64,000 nucleotides of DNA from Octopus sinensis. Its lineage: Eukaryota. Of the stretch, positions 54,414 to 64,000 are shown piece by piece; position 1 is the first letter of the stretch; every line of letters starts with the position of its first letter. A program made the position numbers and the translations under genes. The DNA is taken from NCBI RefSeq assembly GCF_006345805.1, contig NC_043009.1, positions 26,660,001 through 26,724,000 of the forward strand, given 5' to 3'. Under the pieces are notes generated by a model, which saw only the letters and a program-made list of their open reading frames with translations, did no database searches and had not been told where the DNA came from.

Positions 54414-56571
54414 GCGCGTGCGCGCGGACGGACAGAAGGCAGATTGAGAGAAATTTGTGTGTGTGTTAGGTTACTTTGTTCATTAAATTACCAACTTACA
54501 TGGTCCTTCTTTGAGTTCTACAAGACTTGTGGGTTGGGGGAAGGGGAAAAAGTATCGTTAAAGTGGAAACCTGGATTAGAGAGAGAGAGAGAACTCCACT
54601 GAAGACAACCAGGGTGTTTAAACAGAGTGACGAAATACGTCCATCAGACATGTAGGGCCACATCGGAATTCGAATGAAAAAATCCAACGGCCTGGACAAA
54701 TACTCACCCGGTTCCAACGACTCACCAGTCCACTCACTTGGTTTATTTATTAACCCCTGAAGGATACAAGGTAAACTTTACTTTGGCTAGATTTAAACTC
54801 CGAACGGAGTGAGGTGGCGACACATGGAGTCCGACGTTCTGATTACACCAGTCCACTTCTTTGGTTTGGTATTTATCTAATGACCCCAAAATGATAAAAG
54901 GTAAGATTTGAACTTACCTTTTGGTAGAATTTGAACTCAGAAAGAAAGAAACCGAGATAAATACCGTAAGACAGCTCATCGACGTTCTAACGCTTCTACC
55001 AATTTGCCGTTAAGGCATGATGGCCATGACCGTAAGGCCTTTTGAGCACAAGTTTTCTTGATTTCCAAACAGTCAACAACAACGACGATAGTCTCCCACT
55101 GCCATAAACACTTCTGATATTTCATTATGACCCTCATTTCTTCCATGTCTTCCTAGTAAGTTCTTCACTTTATACAAAACTTCAGTGTAATCAACAGAAC
55201 AGGGTATCGAGGTTGTTTACACAATGCATAGGGAATTTCTCGAGTGCTTTAAAAAAAGAATTAGGGTCTTGGCAAAAAACCATTCATCAACAGGCTGTAA
55301 TCATTTGACAAAAAAAAATCATGTAATTTGGGGTATCACGTTATGTGTAAATGTATTTTAGTCTCAAGTAAATGGTTACAGATAAGTATCCTACCCTGAT
55401 ACGTTATTCTATCGCCCCGTGGTGATGAAAAGCGAAGATGACTCTCTCTGGATTTGAACTCAGAATGTAAAGAGTCGTAAAAATGCTGCTGAAAATAATT
55501 ATCAATTTTTATTGTTTATTTTTTTTATTTTTTACCATAACTAAAATGTTTGTTTACGTGTATTTGTGTGTGTGTGTGTGTATGTGTGTATGTATTATGC
55601 TTTTGTGTAGATATGCGTATGTATACATGTGTGTGTGCGTGTGTATGCTTGTGCTAATTTCTACTCAGACTTTTAATAACTTTTTTATTTCAAAATTTAA
55701 CGCTATTTCTTCTGGTTCTTCACGTTCTGAGTTCAAATCCCGCCGAGGTCAGCTTTATCGTTAATCTTTTTCGATTCCATAAAATGAAGTACCCTTCGAA
55801 TACTAAGATCGATATAATCAACTGTTTCCTCCCACCCACAATTTCCTGTCTTCTACCGTAATCAGAAATTATAATTTATTTAGTAGGTGAGAGGCCTCGT
55901 CACCACCAAAACTGCTGTGGTTTAAGTTATTCAGTCCGATCGTGCTCCACTATTACTTGCCAAAAGTAACCCCTTCCCTTTCTTTTAGTCGCCCCAACTC
56001 GATCCAGTGGGAGACCATTTGCACGGTGTCTCAACCGCCTAAAAATAATAATGAAATGCCTCTCGTATCACATCTCAACGTCTTTAAAAAAAGATAAGGG
56101 GCTCGTTGGATAATTGTAGTCCAAGATGCATCATAACTAAAAGAAACAAAGATGGAAAAGGATTGTCACGGTTGGAGCCCATTTCATAGTAGGTTTTGTT
56201 CCATCATGGTTGACACAGAGCTGAATGACAACCAACACTGTCAACATCGCTTTGCACAGCTTCTTGTATACAGGTAAGTAGTTAAATATTAAGTGGGAGA
56301 GGTCAAAGGTGGATTGGAATGGGAGACAAAAAGGGTGTAGATGAGAGATATTAACGACATTGAAATTGAAACGAAACTGCTACAGTCAAGAAATCGAAAC
56401 CAGAAAACGGAGTAAGCCTTAATGGAAGAGCTCCCTTAACGTGTGAGCTATGAACATTTGCCAACCAGGATCGTTGACGTCACCGCATTACAGACTCTCG
56501 GACAATGCCGCCTTAAGATTTAGGCATATTGGTCAGTCGCACGGATCAAGGGGTTCAATTTTGATCTATGT

Positions 56572-56996
56572 ATGCTGTGACTTATTGTCAAGGAATAAAT
56601 TATATAAGGCTCAGTACACTGGTTTTCCTGGGACCCACTGGGATATAGGAACCCAACTGATCTCTAAATGCTGTGACTTACCGTCAAATAAATAAATACT
56701 ATAAGGCTCAGTACACTGGTTTTCCTGGGACACACTGGGATATAGGAACCCAACTGATCTCTAAATGCTGTGACTTACCGTCAAATAAATAAATACTATA
56801 AGGCTCAGTACACTGGTTTTCCTGGGACCCACTGGGATATAGGAACCCAACTGATCTCTAAATGCTGTGACTTACCGTCAAATAAATAAATACTATAAGG
56901 CTCAGTACACTGGTTTTCCTGGGACCCACTGGGATATAGGAACCCAACTCTGATCTCTAAATGCTGTGGCTTACTGTCAAATAAATAATTACTATA
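56572..56996 (+). repeat. 97-bp tandem repeat, about 4.3 copies
   Basis: CTGTG(A/G)CTTA recurs at 56575, 56671, 56768, 56865 and 56964; central copies are near-identical. Confidence 0.95.
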
Positions 56997-58055
56997 GATC
57001 CGAATGCGATGATTAAACCTGGAGGCCTATGAAGTTGCTGAGACAGCCCTGCCCTCGAGTAAAGCAAATGCATTGGGATTAATATGCACACCAGCTTTCA
57101 TAGATTAACAACGAATTCGCTAGAACCCATGGGACCGTCAGACAAACAGCCCAGTGTGGCCTTGACTTGAGACGACACAGCCACTAACAATGTACTTTAG
57201 ACACCAACACTCAACCACACGAAAAAATATTGTCTTTTAGCTTTCACTTATTTCAGGGATTAGACTGTGGCCATGCTGGGGCACCGCCTTAAAGAATTTC
57301 TAGTCGAAGAAATCGACCCCAGTACTTATTCTATGTCTCTTTTGTCGAACCGCACTAGATTACAGGTATGTAAACACACCAACACCGGTTGTCGAGCAGC
57401 GTAGTGGGGCCAAACTCAAAGACAGATATATATAATATACATATAACAGGTTTCTTTCGGTTTCCGTCTACCAAATCCACTCACAAGGTTTTGGTCGGAC
57501 CGAGACTATGGAAGTAGACATTTGCCCAAAGTGCCTCGCAGTGGGACTGAACCCGGAACCATGTGGTTGATAGTGGCATTATTTCTTCGATCCTGCCGGG
57601 TTTTTTGGGTTTTTTTTACTAAGACAAAATATAATTTGCATGCATTATTTTCTTTCCCTCTCTATAGTTGTTCAAGTTTAAAAGATTTAAAACCATCTTA
57701 AATTTATTAAACATTGGCAATTTGTCCGCCCCTTTTTTTCAATTCTCAGCTTCTCCCCTCCACCGATGTACATTGTGCCTCACCCCCACCCCACACACAC
57801 TTACATTAGAAACAATGGTTCCAACCCATGTCAACTGTGACCGAGCAGAAGTAAAGCTCCAAGGCGTTACAGCCATAAACATCGTTTTGTTTTTCTTCCC
57901 AAATATATGGGGGGGGGGCATTAACCTCTCTCTCTCATACCACATACCACATTTTGTAAACGGGCTTAAATGTTTATTGGGACGGTGTGTGATTTAAGAG
58001 GAATTAAGCTGCTGTTTTTAGCAGTTCTAACGACTGCATACAGACGCTCTGTGTA

Positions 58056-58094
<39 letters not shown>

Positions 58095-58912
58095 CGATCG
58101 ATACAGCTCATGGATTTGATAAAAATTGTTGCAGGAACGAACCGGCTCTCGCGCGCATGCGCATACAGTATAAATTCATCAACAGAGGAGCGGTGGGAAT
58201 AGAACGTTTGCAGGTTAACAGGTAAAGGGGTGTGTCCAGTAACACACACACATACACCCTGTGAAGGAAGTGGGGAGGTGGCTATCTTAGAGAGTAAGAG
58301 AAATAGAAACAGTGGGAGAAAGAATAACAATAAAAGTAGCAGAAGGCGTGTCTGTAAGAGATAAAGTGAGAGTAACAGAAAGTAGGGAAGAGATGACAAC
58401 AGTAGGCGTGGTTAAAAAGAGAAAAACAGAAACATTGAGAACGTACGTTAATGGGCGGAGCTACAATAGAGACGGTAAAAGCAAGGTGATAGCGGGAGAA
58501 GAGCGAGATATTACAACAGACGAAGAATGAGTGGGAGAGAGAAATTTAGAGTGAAAGTGACAGAAATGTGAGGGAGGCGAGTTTCAGAAAAATGAGAGTG
58601 GGTGTGGTTTATAAGAAAATTGTAGGAACAATTACAAGGCGTCAACAGTTAAGAGAGCGCGGAAGATTGACAAGAAGAAACCACAAGAAAATTCATACGA
58701 CTTATTACATCGATGCGTTCGCGCACGTATGTGAAGGGGCGTGGCCTTATGGTTAAAATGTTTGGTTCACGATCATGTCGCGGGTTCATTTTCTAGACCG
58801 GGCAGCGTGTTGTGTTCTTGAGCAAGTCCCTTCATTTCACATTGCTCTAGTCTACTTAAATGAAAATAAATACCAGCCAAAAGCTGGTGCAGCTCTCTCT
58901 TTCACGCCCTGT

Positions 58913-58943
<31 letters not shown>

Positions 58944-59339
58944 TAGATGTTCCGCTGGATCAAAGGGTGGGATTAGTCACATAAGGGTGTCTGTATCAAC
59001 TTGCGACTATGTAAGCCCCTAAAACAAACAAAAAAAAAAGCATGGTACACTACGCTGTCTTCTACTATATAGCCTAGAGCTGACCAAAGCCTTGTGAATA
59101 GATTTGGTAGGTGGAAACAGAGAATCCAGTCGTGTGTGTATGAGCGTGTCCCCCACCATCGCTTCACAACTAGTGTTGGTGTGTTTACGTCCCCGTAACT
59201 TAGCGGTTTAGCAAAAAGAGACCAGGCTTTAAAGAAAAAAAAATCTTACTGATGATTTGTTCGACTAAAGCCTTCAAGGCGATGTTCCAGTATGGCCGCA
59301 GCCCAGTGACCGAAACAAGTAAAAGATACAAATTTACGA

Positions 59340-59590
59340 AGTGGGATGCTGGATTGAATAAATCCTCAGAAGGCCCCAGCATCGTGGCACCCCCAGACAG
59401 TATGTCTGGTAGGGACCCACGAGATAAAAAGAAAAGGGCAAGGCGGTCTCGACAACATGACATGGGAACGGGAGATTCCGAATGGAACTGAGAATTAGGG
59501 AGGAAGTTCCATGATACGGATGATTGGAAGAAAATAATCAATGGCCTATGCCCCTGGAGGGGAGTCGAGAATGTGAGTGAATGAATGACA
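59340..59590 (+). mobile_element. RTE-like LINE 3' end
   Basis: Basic KRARRSR segment, then DDWKKIINGLCPWRG (RTE-like ..W...GLC. terminus) and a (TGAA)n tail. Confidence 0.45.
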
Positions 59591-61470
59591 GAACAATGGG
59601 GAGAAGGGGAAATAACAAAATGTCTCATAAACAATTTTTTTTAATGTTTTATTTTTCAATCTCATTTTTTTTAATGCAGTATTATTATTATTATTTTTAT
59701 TTTATTAAATTTAAATTCTATAAAGAATCGTCAGCAAATAACAAAAGCTACACTACTCAAGTGAGGCACTGGTGCTCAAAGAAAAAAAAATATTCAGGCA
59801 GAAGTTACTTATTTCAAAAAAAAAAAACTCATGACAAAATTTCTTGATCCCACCCCCACATAAAACAAATTTCAATTTCGTTTTCAGTTTGGAATTTCAA
59901 ATTTAAACAAAAAAAAAGTTTGCTATTTTTTAAAGTTTTCCTAAAATTGAAATTAGAAAGACAGAAAATTATCAAAAAAAAATCTTTTAAATCGTTAAAT
60001 CTGAAAACTTAGAGTAAAAAATATATATATATAAATAAATAAAAATTCATTAAAATCCAATAAATAACTGAAATTTAATTTCAAATTGATTTTTTTAAAT
60101 TAAAATTTTTAAGGGGTTTTTCTTTTTTGCAATTATTTAATCAATCAATTAAATTCCATTTTAAGTTCAAAACTTTGAATTTACATCACTTCATCCACCT
60201 CTTGCCTTTATTTATTTTTTTTTAATATATATATACACACAGATTTCAATTTCTGAAAGTATATTAGATTGATTAAATTTGAAATTTCAAACTGAAACAA
60301 CTGAAATTTTTTCAAAAAAAAAAAAAAAATTTTTACAAATTGAATTAAATTGAAATCCCCTTTTACAAGTTATAAACATTTTTTTTTAATTATTTTCCAA
60401 AGGCCAGCTTTGGAAGAGAAGAGGGGAAGAAAAAAAATTTTTCATTTTCATCTCTGTTTCGACAGAGGCTTTAACTGTTTTTTTAGTGTCGCTTTCTGAT
60501 AGGTGAGATCTTAAAAAGATTGTTGGGTTATTTATTTTGTTATTGGTTTACAAACAGCTGATCAACAGCAAAATTAATTAGTTAATTAAACAATGGAATT
60601 TGTACACAAAACATAAAAATCAGCTTGTAATTTGGTTTCAAAAAGAAAAAAGGTTTAAATGGAAAAGAGAAAGTGGTTTCATTAAAAAAAAAAAATTAAT
60701 TTCACATAAAAAATCTAATGTTCATATTTGTATTTAACAGAAATTTAACAAAATTTTTAAAAAGTTATTTCACAGAATGCAAGCTGCGTTAAAAAGGAAA
60801 GAGGAAAAAATAATAATAATATTCAAGATATATTGAAGATTGCGAAATTAAAACATACATGAATTCTTTTTTGTGTGTTGCCCCAGCAAGGCCTCAGCCT
60901 GTAGGTTGAAATAAGTAAAATGCAAGAAGAGTATAAGATTTCATACTTAAAAACACAAGGCCGCAACAAAAACCATATAAGAGAATGTGATTGGAGATGT
61001 TCATGCTTTTCTCAAGAACATTGATGGCGTGAATGAAATGAATGTCCTAGCATTTAACCAGGCAGCAGGATTTGGGATTAACCAAGGGATTAAGGCTCAA
61101 AGGGTACCTTAATCCAGTGCTGTTCTACAGAGCTTGCCTACATTGATTTTCACAAGGCCAACTCTTGAAGGAGCAGTATAGTTGACCAAATTGACCTCAG
61201 CACATAACTGGTATGTGTATATGTTTTGTTGACCTCGGCCAAATGAAGGGCAAAGGTCAACCATGGCAGGATATAAAACTCAGAACTGTAAGCCAAAGTA
61301 GCTGAGGGTTCCACTATTTCTGCGAAACTCACCAAACTACAAAAGTGACAATATATAATTTTGGCATCAAAAAAGAAAAAAAATTATATTCTTTAATTAA
61401 AAGTCTCAACAAAGAAAAGAAGGAAGGGGCAGTTATTGTTTGTTTTTTTCTTTTTTTAAAGAAATCAAAG

Positions 61471-61506
<36 letters not shown>

Positions 61507-64000
61507 TATAATGGGGTGAATAATAATATTTAGAGAGTTTAATTAATGTTGGCAAGAGTACAAACCAGTGTGTTTATGTATGTATAGAGAGTGATGATGC
61601 GCATAAGGATGCATGAAAATGCCAAATTCAGCCCCACCCCCGAACACAAACACACACATACCAGCACAGTCTGCAGAAAAAACGTTTACTTGGTAATACA
61701 GAAATGTTCAAAAAACACAAACAAACAAAAACAAGAGTCACAAAAAGTCCAGTAGATCTCGTTTGACCACTGTCCTTTGGCTGGTTTCAGAGAATGTCTT
61801 ATCCAAGGAAAGGGAAGGAAAAAAGAAACCGAAGTTTAACACAAACCTCCATAAGATAAATAGAGAGAAGGCAGAAGAAGAGGAGTTTTAATAAAATTCC
61901 CAGCTGGCTCAGTTTAACACTCTTGGTTCTAAACACCCACCCCCAACAAACCACATCTAGTTTTATAATACGAAACCCATTTTTGAGATATTCGTACTTA
62001 AAATCTTCACCTACTTGAGAAGCATTTGTTTGCTTTCTTTCAATCATTTCAGTCATTTGACTGCAGCCATGCTGGAGCACTGCCTCTAGTCGAACAATTT
62101 GACCCCACGAATTTTTCTTTCTAAGCCTAGTACTTATTCTAGCAGTCTCTTTTGCCAAACCGCTACATTACAGGGACGTAAGCACACCAACATTGGTTGT
62201 CAAGCGATAGTGGAGAGACAAATACAGACATACACACAAATACATCAGGCTTCTTTCAGTTTCCGTCTACCAAATCCACTCACAAGGCTTTTGTCAGCCC
62301 AAGGCTATAGTAGAAGACAGTTGCCCTAGGTGTCACACAATGGGACTGAACCCGGAACTATGTGGTTGGTAAGCAAGCTACTTACCACACAGCCACGCCT
62401 GAGTTTTTTAACATGTGTCTATAAAGGAATTTTTCATGATGAAAAACAACAGCTTCAGGCTGTTTAAACAAACATTAAGCATTGTTATTAGGATAAAGAT
62501 TTTACTCTAGAGCTATTTCTATTGCATAATTTGAATTTTATTCATATTTAAGATTTTCAATTTTGTATCCTATTTTTTTCTCTCTTTGCTGTCAACTACA
62601 GCATGGTGTTGGCATGGGAAGGTGTTTCCGAAAAGAACAACACTGTTTGCAATCAAATTGGATTTTATAATTGAAGACAAAAATTAATATAGATAACAGT
62701 TACATTGCTGCTGTACTTAATGTATGAACGAGGAAGGAAAAAAAAACATCTTCAAAAGCTGAAGTATTTCAAAAACCATATTATGAGATTTGTTTCTCGT
62801 GAACACCTGACTGACAGAAGTTTGAAATACTAAATCTATGAGATAGGACAACTATAATTGAGTTTCAGTGAAACTCTCTAAAAAATGCCTGACCCGTGGC
62901 ATATTATCCAAGATCTATCAGGAGGGTTTGATACCCAGGAAGAGAAACCAAGAACATCTCAGTTATAGATAGAGAGTTCTGGTTTCAATGTCAATCAGAA
63001 ACAAATTCGGTGCAAATGCAGCTGAGCTCTGACAGATCACAGGAAATATGTTGTCTGCTTTGTACTTTGCTGTGAGCAGAAATAAGGGTAAAGAAATTAT
63101 TTTTTTAATCAAGTTTAAATAAAAACATTTTGCTAAGTTAATTTCCAAACAGCAGCTACATGATAAAAAAGAAAAGAAAGAAAAAAAAGCAGATAAATAC
63201 GTCTGTCTTAAGCACATAGACTCATTAGGTCAGAGTTTATTCTCGTTCCCAAAGAGCACAAGGGACAAAGTACTAAAGTTTCCACCACCCCTTGGAAAGG
63301 ACCCCACCCCATTACAGAGTTAACTCCAGCTGCTGCAAGTATTTATTTCCAGCAGAATAGACAGGAGCAATGAAAAGTAAAATACCTTGCCCAAGAGAAC
63401 ATTACATATTAACTGGGATTGAAACCCATGACCTTACAATCGAGAGCCCAGTTGCCTAACCATTAGACCATACTTAATAATGGAAAAAATTAATTATCTA
63501 ACTGAATCCCTCCAAATTACTACCAAACTTAATTGAAACATGTGCACAGTGCATTTCAGAATATCATTAGAAATATTATTAGGGAAAAGTTAATGGAATG
63601 CCAATCTAATTAATGGTCAAATAGTTCAGGCATCATATTTCACTAATTAATTTTCAATGACCTTGTCTACATAATTAACAATTAGATTCAATGCTGCAAA
63701 TACACAACAAAATTCAGGAGTCCCCTGCACATAGTTAGGCCCCAAAGTACAAAAATAGTAAAACATACAAAATACAGTATTACAGTTAACTTCACAAGGG
63801 TTTCATTTAAAATTATAAATACACAGACACCCGAAACTCATCAACTGACACAGTACATTCTTAGAAAAACATTCAGGTTTTCTCTTTGAAATACAAAGGC
63901 AAAACAATCGTAAAATTCATTTTTTGATCAGAAATGTTGATTTAACTGTATTTATAACAATAATAATATTTTCTACTATAGGCACAAGGCCTGAAATTTT

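Noticed and set aside
56572-56996. CRISPR-like array
   Set aside because: Whole units are identical with no unique spacers; eukaryotic context; no cas genes.

Overview
AT-rich, repeat-saturated animal genomic DNA. The SINE families and microsatellite load point to an octopus (inference from recalled repeat families). One protein-coding gene is supported, on the + strand. It has four phase-1 exons: 24367-25341, 43492-43668, 45594-46022 and 48577-49909. Together they encode a single-pass receptor (THSD1/GOGO-type N-terminal region, TSP1, CUB, TM, long Ser/Lys-rich tail), i.e. a golden goal (gogo)/THSD1 homologue. The signal-peptide exon was not found. The last exon has a 1-nt frame break near 49370 that separates a terminal acidic-tyrosine motif from the rest of the protein. 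The remainder is tRNA-derived SINEs, Tc1/mariner, pogo and hAT MITEs, a truncated Tc1 transposase, Penelope/RTE/CR1 remnants and simple repeats. Most notable non-genic items: a dispersed minimal hammerhead-ribozyme-like motif, a perfect 200-bp inverted repeat, SINE tails forming the gene's splice acceptors, and inverted SINEs flanking the CUB exon. I found no clearly novel multi-gene system. All homology statements are from memory, not database searches.
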